Assembly (NCBI RefSeq): GCF_001194135.2
Contig: NC_068993.1
Location: 55,965,243-56,029,211, forward strand
Reading direction: 5' to 3'
DNA: 63,969 bases
From: Octopus bimaculoides
Taxonomy: Eukaryota
Shown here: one piece after another, positions 25,075 through 36,970 of the stretch
Layout of the letters: every line of letters starts with the position of its first letter
Numbering within the stretch: position 1 is the first letter of the stretch
The notes under the pieces: model-generated
The model's database searches: none
The model's input: the letters and a program-made list of their open reading frames with translations, nothing else
Told to the model about the DNA's origin: nothing
Position numbers and translations under genes: made by a program

Positions 25075-25800
25075 CAGGTGGGGCAGAGAGGAGGGACGTT
25101 TTTGAAATATTCACATGATCATTAATTTTAGACGCAAACAAATTTTATTGACATCAATGTGTGTGTGTTGAATTAGCGTTTGTCAAAATCAAGTGTAGAA
25201 AGCAACACCCATTATGTGGTGTCTGTTTTCATTGATGTATTTCTGAAAGCGTTCTTGGAAGTTGGCCTCCACTCTCTTCAGCATTGCTCTGTGCACAGTC
25301 CTATGGTTTCAATTGTTGCCCAACGACCAATTTGTACGGGTGGAAATGCAGGTCTTCATGCAAAATACGCCTTACCGATCGATTACCGATGTCATGTTCA
25401 GGGGAATGCCTCCGAGCAGAGCGATTCGGACTCCGTATCAAAACTTGTCCGACGCATTCCACATTTTCCGGGACCCGTACCGTTTGTGGCGCCCCCACTG
25501 GTCTCATATTCATTAGTGTACATCGTGTACGAAGTGCATTCACCCAACGTAAGATTGTGTTACGAGTGGGAACGGCCAAATTTCGATGAATGTTGAAGTG
25601 AGAGTCTCGTTATTCTTCACGTAACTGTCGTAGGCAAACACTCGATGCTCTATCGTCCACAACGTCAGGGTTTCATTTGAAAATAAAACTAAAAATGCTA
25701 AGACATCATGGACCGAATAGTATCTGTCGGACATATGTCCCTCCCCTTGGGGCTGAGTGATAGCCATTTCAAAAACGTCCGTCCTCTCTGCCCCACCCTG
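25075..25800 (-). mobile_element. Internally deleted Tc1/mariner-superfamily element with both TIRs
   Basis: About 34-35 bp TIRs CAGG(G)TGGGGCAGAGAGGA(C/G)GGACGTTTTTGAAAT at 25075-25108 and 25766-25800, with TA on the left. N-terminal HTH WTIEHRVFAYDSYVKNN..PTRNTILRWV..RRILHEDLHFHPYKL and C-terminus MLKRVEANFQERFQKYINENRHH. Confidence 0.9.
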
Positions 25801-26559
25801 CATTTGCCATTTATCAAAATAAGTGCATACTCGAAACTCTCGGCCCTTGATTCACTTTGTAACTTCTGCCGATTAAAACTAAAATTCTATGTACTCGTGT
25901 TTTGATTCTATGTATCCTGTTTGTACGATAAAACCTGTATTATATGTCTCTCCTGGCAATATTCCCGCCCCACCCTACTCTCATGCAGCCCGTGCTCATA
26001 GGGGACTCGTTATTTAAGATCTGCATTTAGATCAAGATTGTCTGGTTCACAAGGGAGGGGACATTCAGGGTATTTATGAAGGTAAAGGGGGAGAGGAGTT
26101 GTTCCGGAGTTGGGAAGTGTGGAGGAACGAAGAAGGAGGGGGAGAAGTAGAAACTGTGTTATCTTTCATGATGATGATGATGATCGGGATAGTGATGCTG
26201 GTGATGATGGTGGTCGCATGGTAATGGTAGTGGTGGTGGTGGTGGTTTGTTGATCGGTTGTGATAGTCATAGCGACTGTGGTGGTGGTGGTGATGATGAC
26301 GATAGTGGTGGTGATGATGACGATAGTGGTGGTGGTGATGGTGTTGGCAAATGTGTGGTTTATCGTGGCGTTGGTGGTAGAGAAGTAGTGCTGCTGATGT
26401 TGATGGTGACGATGGTGATGATGGGGAAGCTTGTAGTATTGTTGATGAAATTGACGGAAGATAATGTAGCAGTGATGGCGCTGGCGGTGCTGATGATGGT
26501 GTTGACTGTGATGTTGATGGCGGTGATAATGATAATAGTGATGATGGTGATGATGGTAA

Positions 26560-26720
<161 letters not shown>

Positions 26721-27481
26721 GTGCTGGTATTGATGGTGGCAGTGATATTGAGGATGACTGTGGTCATGATCTTCATGACGACGACGATGACGACGATGTT
26801 GTTGATGATGATGATGTTGTTGATGATGTTGTTGATGATGATGATGATGTTGATGGGTATATTGTTATTAGTGGTCGAAGTGGATAGTGATGATGATAAT
26901 TTTGATAATGATAATTATAACGATGACGCTAGTAATTAAGATGGCGACGTTGAGAGAAATCTCGGTTTATAACTACTTACGAAAAATCCATTGTAGAGCA
27001 GGCATGCTAACGTTCGTATACTAAATGATAATCTGAAAAGCAATGATATACTGAAAAACAAAACTGGAGTCTCTTGTGCAAACATTATTTTTTTTTTGTA
27101 ATTAACTGTAAGGTATTTTTTCTTTCTCTGGAATAGATAAAGATTTCTGATGAACTAGTAAAAACGGGGGAAAGTAGTTGAGATGTTCTTCAGTACGTTC
27201 TACAGAGACAGCTTTGTGGTTCAGCTTCAGAGATTTTGCTGTAGAGCTTTCGTTGTCACTCGACCCGAATAAGTGCAGAGTCCTGATAACACCAGCTCTT
27301 GAATGCATTAAGTTCTGTATCATTCTTTATAAATTCGTCCAAGGATATTTTGGAGACTCTCCGTATATCACTGCTTGAAAAAGCAAAACCATTTAATTAA
27401 GCAAACAGAAATTTCTGAAGTTACAAGTTTGTGAAGCCATTTTAGCTATACATATAACTGATACCTATATATATATATATA

Positions 27482-27900
27482 TCAGGTCATCCTATAAGTT
27501 CTGTCCGAATTTTGAATAAAGAAAACAAGTGATCAAATGTTATGTTTAATTGAAATTTAATCATCAATGTACTTTCCCTGATTATCTATGACTTCCTTCC
27601 ATCTATTTACAAGCTTTTTAATCCCATTAATTTAAAACTCTTTTGCTTTCAAAGCGAAGAACTCTGAGATGTCAGTTTCAACCTCCTCCTGACTTGCGAA
27701 AGTTATGTCACCCAAATGATTTTGTAAACTGCGAAACAAATGTTCTCGATTTCTTGGAGTGTTCGTTTTATGTTAACTTTATACATATGGCTTGCATTAT
27801 CGATATAAACTGCCGAAACTTTATCATTGTTTAGCATAAGGAGGTTTTTAGACCAGTTCTGTTTTAGGATCTCATTTTTGAGTCGATTTCGAGTTAGCTT
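27482..27900 (-). mobile_element. mariner element 3' end (TIR + transposase C-terminus)
   Basis: TA-TCAGGTCATCCTATAAGTTCTGTCCG end; minus strand HLFRSLQNHLGDITFASQEEVETDISEFFALKAKEF*INGIKKLVNRWKEVIDNQGKYIDD*. Confidence 0.85.
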
Positions 27901-28099
27901 TGTGGAAGTTCAGGCTGGTTACATTTCGAGTGCTTCTTGTTGGGAGCATCTCTACAGTTTTCATTTGATCCTTCTTTGATAGTTCCAACGAGTTGATGTC
28001 TGAGAAAATCCTTGGTGCCACCTTTACATTACGGATGAGTTCGTATTATTTGTGAATCTAAAGTGTTGTTTTCTCCGGTTGGTTAGAATGCATTTCTTT

Positions 28100-28290
28100 C
28101 TATCATATGTACAAAGACTGAAATTTTAAGGGAAGAGACCCCAGTGCTCTACAGGCACTTATTTTATCGACCCTAAAAGGATGAATGGAAAAAATTCCTC
28201 AGCGGATTTTGAATTCCTAATTTAAAGTCGGAAGATATGCCGCTAAGCATTTCATCCGGCATGGTAACGATTCTGCCGGCACACCACTTT
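28100..28290 (-). mobile_element. SINE family A, diverged
   Basis: TTATTTTATCGACCCTAAAAGGATGAA..GCCGCTAAGCATTTCATCCGGC..AACGATTCTGCCGGC. Confidence 0.75.
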
Positions 28291-29221
28291 GGCTAGTTTA
28301 TTTCCATTTTCTCCTTACTAGTAGGTGCCTTTCAGATAGAACCAACAGGTGTTTTGGGCACTAACGATTGTTTTCTAATACCTTTTTTTTTTATTTATTT
28401 TTAATGCTTTGATTTTTTAGTTTTAATTTTCTATCTCTCGCCTCAATTGGTTGGTCTGTTTATATGCACTGCTTTCCTTTTTAATAAAAAAAACTGAAAC
28501 AGAATATGCAATTCCGTGTAGTGGCTCACGTTGACTCATTAAAAGTAAATACATATATAAATAATACATATACAAATATAAATAAACAATACATATTTAA
28601 AAATGAATGCATATATAAATAAAATAAAGAAAAATATAAATACGTATATAAACAAGCGTAATATTTCTTGGCAATAATTATGAATATGAGCCAGTTTAAA
28701 AGAAAATATGTTCACTTGGTAACACTGGCTTTGTAGATTTATTGGTTCTACGGTGTCGTCTGCAGTTTGAAATGATGATAAAATTATGACGTCAATTACA
28801 ATCTTCAAACTTTTTCTTACATGGTGTTATGATAGTGCTGCTTTCAAAGAGTTACACCTGGATACAACCCGCCCCCACGCACATATTTTGATTAAAAAAT
28901 TCTACGAGGTGAATTGTAGTAAAAAATTGCAAAACGAAACTGCACAGAAATTTTATGTTGGAATATATATATATATANNNNNNNNNNNNNNNNNNNNNNN
29001 NNNNNNNNNNNNNNNNNNNNNNNNNNNNNNNNNNNNNNNNNNNNNNNNNNNNNNNNNNNNNNNNNNNNNNNNNNNNNNNNNNNNNNNNNNNNNNNNNNNN
29101 NNNNNNNNNNNNNNNNNNNNNNNNNNNNNNNNNNNNNNNNNNNNNNNNNNNNNNNNNNNNNNNNNNNNNNNNNNNNNNNNNNNNTATATATATATATATA
29201 TATATGTATATGCATTTCTCC

Positions 29222-29458
29222 ATAAGGAACGCAGGGCCGCTTTCCAGTTTCTCTGGCGTATATATTCGTATATATTCCTCTCTGGATGAGATGCCTGTCC
29301 GTCGCAGGATTACTCACTTTTGCCAGCTAAATGGACTGGAGCAACGGGTAATGAAGTGTTTTGCTCAAGAGCACAACGCATCACCCCGTCCAGGAATCGA
29401 AACCACAATCTTACGATCACGAGTCCAACACGCTAACCACTAAGTCATGTGCTTCCAC
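29222..29458 (-). mobile_element. SINE family C with a tail shared with family F
   Basis: Head GTGGAAGCACATGACTTAGTGGTTAGCGTGTTGGACTCGTGATCG; tail resembles 30781-30855. Confidence 0.8.
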
Positions 29459-30004
29459 AATTATTGATGTGCTTATGCTACTCCCTCATCCTAATCTAGA
29501 TTTTAACATAATTGTCTTTGTTTGGAGTCAATCGCCTGTTTTATTAAAAGAGTTGTCGCTTTACACACGGAGAGTTCCCTTGTGAATTAGCGAGAATCTG
29601 TTGTTTAAAAGGTTTTTTTTTATTTATTTTATTTTTTGCAATTCTAATTGTTATATGATATTTCAATAGTGTCTGTCTGCCCTTCTTCGTCATTCCGTTA
29701 TTGATCTAACCACCGCTTTATGGATATTTGTTGTCCAAGTTACCTGTTTAGGTTTCGATATACCCATATGATAAATCTGCAGGTGTTCACATATATTATT
29801 TCATTTAACCTTGTGGTATTGATTTTCGTGTCTGTTTTCATTAAGAAGGTCATACCAGGTTTGCATGTGTTATTGTTATTGCTAGTATATTATTAAATGT
29901 TATCCTTATAAGGTACTATCGTTGGTTCACACTAAGGCTTTATATTGTTTTAATTCTTAAAATTCTTCTACTATTAGACTGTCATGTTAATAATTTCTAC
30001 CTTT

Positions 30005-30196
30005 AAACCTTCCTATTGCTAAACCTTCCTATTGCTAAACCTTCCTATTACTAAACCTTCCTATTGCTAAACCTTCCTATTGCTAAACCTTCCTATTGCT
30101 AAACCTTCCTATTGCTAAACCTTCCTATTACTAAACCTTCCTATTGCTAAACCTTCCTATTGCTAAACCTTCCTATTGCTAAACCTTCCTATTGCT
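30005..30196. repeat. 16-bp minisatellite AAACCTTCCTATTGCT x12, continuing into a gap
   Basis: Twelve units counted; units 3 and 8 carry the ATTACT variant. Confidence 0.95.
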
Positions 30197-30636
30197 NNNN
30201 NNNNNNNNNNNNNNNNNNNNNNNNNNNNNNNNNNNNNNNNNNNNNNNNNNNNNNNNNNNNNNNNNNNNNNNNNNNNNNNNNNNNNNNNNNNNNNNNNNNN
30301 NNNNNNNNNNNNNNNNNNNNNNNNNNNNNNNNNNNNNNNNNNNNNNNNNNNNNNNNNNNNNNNNNNNNNNNNNNNNNNNNNNNNNNNNNNNNNNNNNNNN
30401 NNNNNNNNNNNNNNNNNNNNNNNNNNNNNNNNNNNNNNNNNNNNNNNNNNNNNNNNNNNNNNNNNNNNNNNNNNNNNNNNNNNNNNNNNNNNNNNNNNNN
30501 NNNNNNNNNNNNNNNNNNNNNNNNNNNNNNNNNNNNNNNNNNNNNNNNNNNNNNNNNNNNNNNNNNNNNNNNNNNNNNNNNNNNNNNNNNNNNNNNNNNN
30601 NNNNNNNNNNNNNNNNNNNNNNNNNNNNNNNNNNNN

Positions 30637-31060
30637 TCGCTCATAAACACGCACATCTCTCGGTCTGAGATTCAAACCCGCGATCCCTCGACCGCGAGTC
30701 CGCTATTCTAACCAGCAGACCATATACCTCCACAAAGTTACATTTACTGTTGCTTGTTCCTTCTCGAGCCATGCCTGGCCCATAAGGACCGGTTTCCTGG
30801 TTTCAAAGGTGTATTGGTTCCCCACCTGGACGGAACGCCGGCTCGTCACAGGTGAGCTGCTAGGAGGAAAGAGTGAGAGGAAGTTGTGACGAAAGAGTCA
30901 GCAGAAGTTCACCATTATCTTCTGCCGGAGCTGCGTGGAGCTTAGGTGTTTCGCTCATAAACACGCACATCTCTCGGTCTGAGATTCAAACCCGCGATCC
31001 CTCGACCGCGAGTCCGCTATTCTAACCAGCAGACCATATACCTCCACAAAGTTACATTTA
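30637..31060 (-). mobile_element. tRNA-derived SINE family F: full copy plus duplicated head
   Basis: Head GGAGGTATATGGTCTGCTGGTTAGAATAGCGGACTCGCGGTCGAGGGATCGCGGGTTTGAATCTC occurs twice, 314 bp apart; related to 38793 and 63705. Confidence 0.85.
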
Positions 31061-31590
31061 GCTCCTGGCTATTTTCCCTGCAAATTTTATACGAGTGTAT
31101 TGTCGCAGTTTTGCTTCTAAGTTGAATGCGTTTGAATAGATTGAGGTTGTAAAATATGTTTATTGAATATGTTTATAGAATATGTTTATAGAATAAAAAC
31201 GTATTCCTCTCGTGTCCATTTATGCATTTTCTGTTACATTTGTAAGACTTGACATGTAAAGTATAACCCTTTACTTACATTGCCATCATTTTTGTTGGGA
31301 GCTGCTGTATTTGTTGACGATGCCGAGTTATGTCTGTTACATTCTTCGAGTGTTTCATGCTTTAGATTCCTGCTTTGGATTCGATTTGACTTAAGTTTGG
31401 TCTTACGCCCGGTAGAATTTATGTGGGCAGCGGGTTACTATCTGTAATTTTAGATATCTATAAGCTTTCGATAATCTTTCAAGTGCACAAAACCCTTCTG
31501 ATAATCTTCCCTGCTCCTAAGAGGCAAACTTTGTGTAGAAGCTCTACAGGACATTCCATTCCACTCCAATCTCCTTCAACCATTTGTCTA

Positions 31591-31770
31591 TAGTGATTCT
31601 CAACCGGGGTCCATATAAGATTTTGGGGGGTCCACGAAAAAAAATCGTAAACTGGTATTCCACAATAGTATTTTAAGGGCCCCTGAAAAATATTTTGCTT
31701 TAGATACATGTAGTGGTATGTATTGCAAGAAACAACTAGGTTTCTTTCTCCAATATTTCCCATAGTTCAA
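31591..31770 (+). mobile_element. hAT-like MITE left-end fragment
   Basis: TAGTGATTCTCAACCGGGGTCCAT..GGGGGGTCCAC resembles the CAGTGGTTCTCAAC terminus of Charlie/hAT elements; no right end found. Confidence 0.5.
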
Positions 31771-31804
31771 CATGTGTGAATAACTTCTTGTTGTTGTTGT
31801 TGCT

Positions 31805-32017
31805 ATGGAGGCGAGCTGGCAGAGTCGTTAGCGCGCTAGACAAAATGCTTTGTGGCATTTCGTCCATCTTTATGCTCTCAGTTCAAAATCCGGCGACGTC
31901 AACTTTGAGTTTCGTCCTTCTGAGGTCGATAAAATAAGTACCAGTTGAAGACTGGGGTCAATGTAATCGGCTTACCCCTTCTCCCATAATTGCTGACCTT
32001 GTGCCAAAATTTGAAAT
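31805..32017 (+). mobile_element. SINE family A
   Basis: GGAGGCGAGCTGGCAGAGTCGTTAGCGCGC..ACCTTGTGCCAAAATTTGAAATC followed by (ATT)n. Confidence 0.85.
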
Positions 32018-32020
32018 CAT

Positions 32021-32068
<48 letters not shown>

Positions 32069-32398
32069 GTAGTAGTAGTAGTAGAAGAATAAGAATCATG
32101 TGATTATTACTCGTATTGATTATTCTATCAATCCCATGGCTGTTTGAAGTCAGGACAGTGAGTTATCCAGAAGTGTTTAACCTCCAGCACTAATTAGACA
32201 GTGTTGGTCACTGGTGGCTGTGCTGACAGTCTATGGTTTCAGTTTCTAATTATAAAATGCAGTACATACATACATACAGACAGACAGACAGACACACACA
32301 CACACATAAACACGCACATGCATTTATGTACACACGAGCACGCGTCCATACGTCAACGCACACACACACACCCTCATCTATCCCATGGCTGTTTGAAG

Positions 32399-32462
<64 letters not shown>

Positions 32463-33137
32463 CCCCCCTCTCTCTCTCTCCACACATACACACATATACG
32501 TGCACGGATATATACATGAATAAACATGCACGACCTCTCTGTCTCTCCCTCGCATGAACAGAGACAAGCACACACACACAAACGCATGCACACATACACA
32601 CACATGCTTACACAAACGCGCACGCGCACACAGAGAGAAACACATGCACATACACACATGCATACACACAAACGCATACACACACACACATGCAAACACT
32701 TCACTAAAGGTTAGCTCTACCCCCGAGAGAGGACACACCGATCAAGCAATTATGAGTTAAAAGCTTTTTATTACTGTTGTTGGTTGTTTTTTGTTGTGGT
32801 ATTGGTGGTGGTGGTGGTGGTGGTGGTTGTGGTGGTGGTGGTGATAGAAATATTGCTTTTGTTGCTGTTATTGTTGGTAGTTGCAGGGCAGTCTTTATCG
32901 TTGGCCGTTGTCATTGTCATTGCTGCTGCTGCTGCTGTTATTGTTATTATTTTTAGCTCCAGGTCAGCTTTGATTCAACCCATGCCCCGTACACATACAG
33001 TCGGATGATATTTTTGCTGTTGCTTAGGCCCAGGTTAACCCAGATCGATCAAGCCTTTGGTCAAAGGCGCTCCAAATATGAATATCCCAATTTTAGTGTT
33101 ACGTCTCGGGCCACATTATCTAAGATAGTTCACATTA

Positions 33138-33186
<49 letters not shown>

Positions 33187-33769
33187 NNNNNNNNNNNNNN
33201 NNNNNNNNNNNNNNNNNNNNNNNNNNNNNNNNNNNNNNNNNNNNNNNNNNNNNNNNNNNNNNNNNNNNNNNNNNNNNNNNNNNNNNNNNNNNNNNNNNNN
33301 NNNNNNNNNNNNNNNNNNNNNNNNNNNNNNNNNNNNNNNNNNNNNNNNNNNNNNNNNNNNNNNNNNNNNNNNNNNNNNNNNNNNNNNNNNNNNNNNNNNN
33401 NNNNNNNNNNNNNNNNNNNNNNNNNNNNNNNNNNNNNNNNNNNNNNNNNNNNNNNNNNNNNNNNNNNNNNNNNNNNNNNNNNNNNNNNNNNNNNNNNNNN
33501 NNNNNNNNNNNNNNNNNNNNNNNNNNNNNNNNNNNNNNNNNNNNNNNNNNNNNNNNNNNNNNNNNNNNNNNNNNNNNNNNNNNNNNNNNNNNNNNNNNNN
33601 NNNNNNNNNNNNNNNNNNNNNNNNNNNNNNNNNNNNNNNNNNNNNNNNNNNNNNNNNNNNNNNNNNNNNNNNNNNNNNNNNNNNNNNNNNNNNNNNNNNN
33701 NNNNNNNNNNNNNNNNNNNNNNNNNNNNNNNNNNNNNNNNNNNNNNNNACACACACACACACATGCACA

Positions 33770-34036
33770 TATACGACGAGCTTCTTTCAGTTTCCGTCTA
33801 CTACGTCCACTCAGAAGGCTTTGGTCGGCCCGAGGCTATAGTGGAAGACACTTGCCCAAGGTGCCGCCGGTCCGTCGCAGTGTTACTCATTTTTACCAGC
33901 TGAGTGGACAGGAGCAACGTGAAATGAAGTGTTTGTTTTGCTCAAGAACACAACGCATCGCCTGGCCCAGGAATCGAAGCCACAATCTTACTATCATGAG
34001 TCCAACCCCGCTAACCACCAAGCTACGAACCTCCAC
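33770..34036 (-). mobile_element. Abutting SINE family D body (33770-33868) and family C copy (33868-34036)
   Basis: ACGACGAGCTTCTTTCAGTTTCCGTCTAC..CTTGCCCAAGGTGCC joins directly to GCCGGTCCGTCGCAG..CTAACCAC.AAGC.ACG.ACCTCCAC. Confidence 0.8.
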
Positions 34037-34424
34037 ACATTATCTAATACTTCTTTTCTTTTTTTTCAGACGACAGAGTATGATTGAGGGGCGATTTCAC
34101 TGCTATATCTAGCAGGTGTAGCGACCATGTAGAAGGCGCCTTCATTGGTTAGTTTTCCTCTGCATTCATCATATATTGAGTGAGGAGGTTATCATTCTAG
34201 ATTTTGTTTTTGTGGCTGTTGTGTTTGTCATTGTTGTTGTTTTTGTTTTGTTGTAATCGTCATCGTCGTCGTTACCGTCTTTGTACGTATTGTTGTTGTT
34301 GTTGCTACTGTCGTTTGCTTCTTTTATTGTTATAGTAGCCATAGCAACTGCTGCATTTGTTGTTTTTGTTGCTTTTTACAGTAGAAACACGTGATGGTAC
34401 TTATAGGATTATATTAGGGCGGGG

Positions 34425-34600
34425 TATTGGCTGTATCAGTAGAATATCAGATAAAATAACCTGCGGTATTTAGTTACGCCCCTTTATGTTTGGAGTTCAA
34501 ATCACGTCGAGTTCAACTTTCTCTTTTCGGGTCGATAATATAAAGTGCCGGACAAATATTGGAGTCGATTTGTCTGGTCATGCACCATTGTTAGGCGACA
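34425..34600 (+). mobile_element. SINE family A, highly diverged
   Basis: GGAGTTCAAATCACGTCGAGTTCAACTTTCTCTTTTCGGGTCGATAAT. Confidence 0.55.
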
Positions 34601-34622
34601 GTATATAAAGGAGTTTAGTCAA

Positions 34623-34686
<64 letters not shown>

Positions 34687-34984
34687 NNNNNNNNNNNNNN
34701 NNNNNNNNNNNNNNNNNNNNNNNNNNNNNNNNNNNNNNNNNNNNNNNNNNNNNNNNNNNNNNNNNNNNNNNNNNNNNNNNNNNNNNNNNNNNNNNNNNNN
34801 NNNNNNNNNNNNNNNNNNNNNNNNNNNNNNNNNNNNNNNNNNNNNNNNNNNNNNNNNNNNNNNNNNNNNNNNNNNNNNNNNNNNNNNNNNNNNNNNNNNN
34901 NNNNNNNNNNNNNNNNNNNNNNNNNNNNNNNNNNNNNNNNNNNNNNNNNNNNNNNNNNNNNNNNNNNNNNNNNNNNNNNNNNNN

Positions 34985-35033
<49 letters not shown>

Positions 35034-35454
35034 GAGAGAGAGAGAGAAATACGAAGAGAGGGAGAGTGAGATAGGGAGAGAGAGAGAGAGAGAGATGGAG
35101 TTGACGAAACTGTATCACAAGATCGAATGTAAAACAAGCAGATATCAGAGAATGAAATGTTACGCTACGCTAACACATCTGGTGACTAACGAACAAAAAT
35201 AATAATAAAAAAAAACCGTTATATTGTTATATCTATGTACAATCTATGATAAGCCGTCTTTGTAGCTATGTATAATACATGACACATCACGGTTGTATTT
35301 ATACCTATCTGTATATATTGTATATCTCAGCTGTATCGGTGTATAATAAATAGGATATCATAGTCGTGTCTACGTCCGATGTACAGCTTATCACAACTAT
35401 TATGAATATAAGGAATGTCATAATTGTATCTGTATAAAATATATGTATAATATT

Positions 35455-35633
35455 CTTTTATTTGTTCCAGTCATTTGACTGCGGCCATGCTGGGGCACCG
35501 CCTTTAGTAGAACAAATCGACCCCAGGACTTATTCTTTATAAGTCTAGTACTTATTCTATCGGTTCCTTTTGCCGAACCGCTAAGTTACGCGGACGTAAA
35601 CACCAGCATCGGTTATCAAGCGATGGTGGGGGT
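35455..35633 (-). mobile_element. SINE 3' tail module B
   Basis: Closely similar to 10190-10344. Confidence 0.85.
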
Positions 35634-35689
35634 ACATTATATGAGATTGGAATATGTACAACAGGAGTTCTAAGTAATATGGTAATGTG

Positions 35690-36640
35690 TAGGTATTGCA
35701 TCGTCGGCGAACGCATTTAAAAGTATCTGGTTGTGTAGAGTTTGGCGATGTACGATTTATGTAACTTTGATTCCGAAAACAGTGAAACCCTTGGAAAATA
35801 CCAACCAAACTTAGCTTCTCGGAAAATAATGATCACAAACACACGACCTTTGCATGAAAACATGAAAACATGAAAACTGAAATGCAGTGACAAATTTCTT
35901 CGACAAATAAGTTTGGCGGAACTGGAATAAAACAAGGTATGTAATTGTCCCAATTCTTTTTTCTCAGCTTTGCCGCCATATTGTAGCTTACTATGGGCAA
36001 GCTCCTATCTGGCATAAAAATCTTATACTATACGGATGGTAGCATTTTCTAATACTGGCGAACTCCGTACCAGAACAATGACCACAGCTTTACCGGTAAC
36101 TAAACTTCAGTGCACAGATAATGCCACAGTCCAACCCCAGCATTTACGTGACTGCATATTCTTGCAATCAACAAGCATCCAACGTACCAGAACCTGGTAC
36201 AGTTATTGGGTACACATGATTAATTGGAAAAGTTGTCGAGAACTTCCAGTATCTGCGTATTCACCTATCACACAACGTAGACACTGATGAGGATATCTCA
36301 AACTAGAGAAAATATGCCAACGTAATCTTTGATTGCCTGAGAAGACGAGCACAAGCGGTAAGCGACACCTCCATAAACTGGAAATATGTCTAGGGAAAAT
36401 ACTGCACGTCAAGTGCCAGAACAGACGAAAGAGTATCAAGGTAGTCGAGCAAGCCAATATTTTCTGCAAATAAACATTCCAATGATGACATGACATCAGT
36501 TTAAATGAGTCGGCTATAACGTATGAATACCGAACGAATCAACTGTTTCACTCCCAGACAGAAGAGAAAAGCGCATAAAGGAAGATAAAGGAAGAGGTTT
36601 AGGGATGTACTTGTAGGACTCGTGAGTCTTTAGCCGATTA
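35690..36640 (+). mobile_element. RTE-clade reverse transcriptase and C-terminal remnant
   Basis: NFDSENSETLGK, TGIKQGM*LSQFFFLSFAAIL..GIKILYYTDGSIF, KLQCTDNA (cf. FADD), KRHLHKLE and RMNTERI..KGR*RKRFRDVL. Confidence 0.75.
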
Positions 36641-36833
36641 ATCAACATAGATGGAGACGAATCATCTATGATGGATCCCAAAACCTTCAATCAATAAAAA
36701 TCGGCATGTACATGATAAATGTGAGCGTACAAAGGAGTGAAAAGCAACCATAACAATACCTCGTCTCTTGCGAGACAAAAAATGCCTGGTTAGTGACTCG
36801 ATTTGTGCAGCCTACATTGGAGTAAATACTTAC

Positions 36834-36970
36834 AGGTGAATCTTCCATTTTAAAACCTGCTGGATAATCATCTTCGACTCTGAGGGATTACTTCTGCCGC
36901 TGCTGCTGCCGAAGCCTACGCCACCGACGAAAATATTGGTGACAGATACATTGTTAGTTGTACTTGCTTC
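36834..36970 (-). CDS. Candidate 137-nt exon (unverified)
   Basis: TAG acceptor, GTAAGT donor, one open frame EASTTNNVSVTNIFVGGVGFGSSSGRSNPSESKMIIQQVLKWKIH; weak pyrimidine tract; no homology recognised. Confidence 0.2.

Larger units (their letters stand above)
29600..31500 (-). mobile_element. Probable R4/Dong-type LINE N-terminal ORF remnant, interrupted by a minisatellite, a gap and a SINE
   Basis: Minus-strand pieces HKWTREEY (near 31210), RLNEIIYVN and KPKQVTWTTNIHK (near 29750-29820) resemble R4-clade N-termini as I recall them; heavily decayed. Confidence 0.45.

Noticed and set aside
27100-27380. Coding-like segment (IRRVSKISLDEFIKNDTELNAFKSWCYQD)
   Set aside because: Contains stops, with no recognisable family or splice context.
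30005-30196. CRISPR-like appearance of the regular repeats (also 6739-7120)
   Set aside because: No unique spacers of constant length, no cas genes, eukaryotic context.
36280-36325. CTGATGA followed by a weak hairpin
   Set aside because: Lies inside an RTE remnant and lacks a correctly placed GAAAC and helix I.
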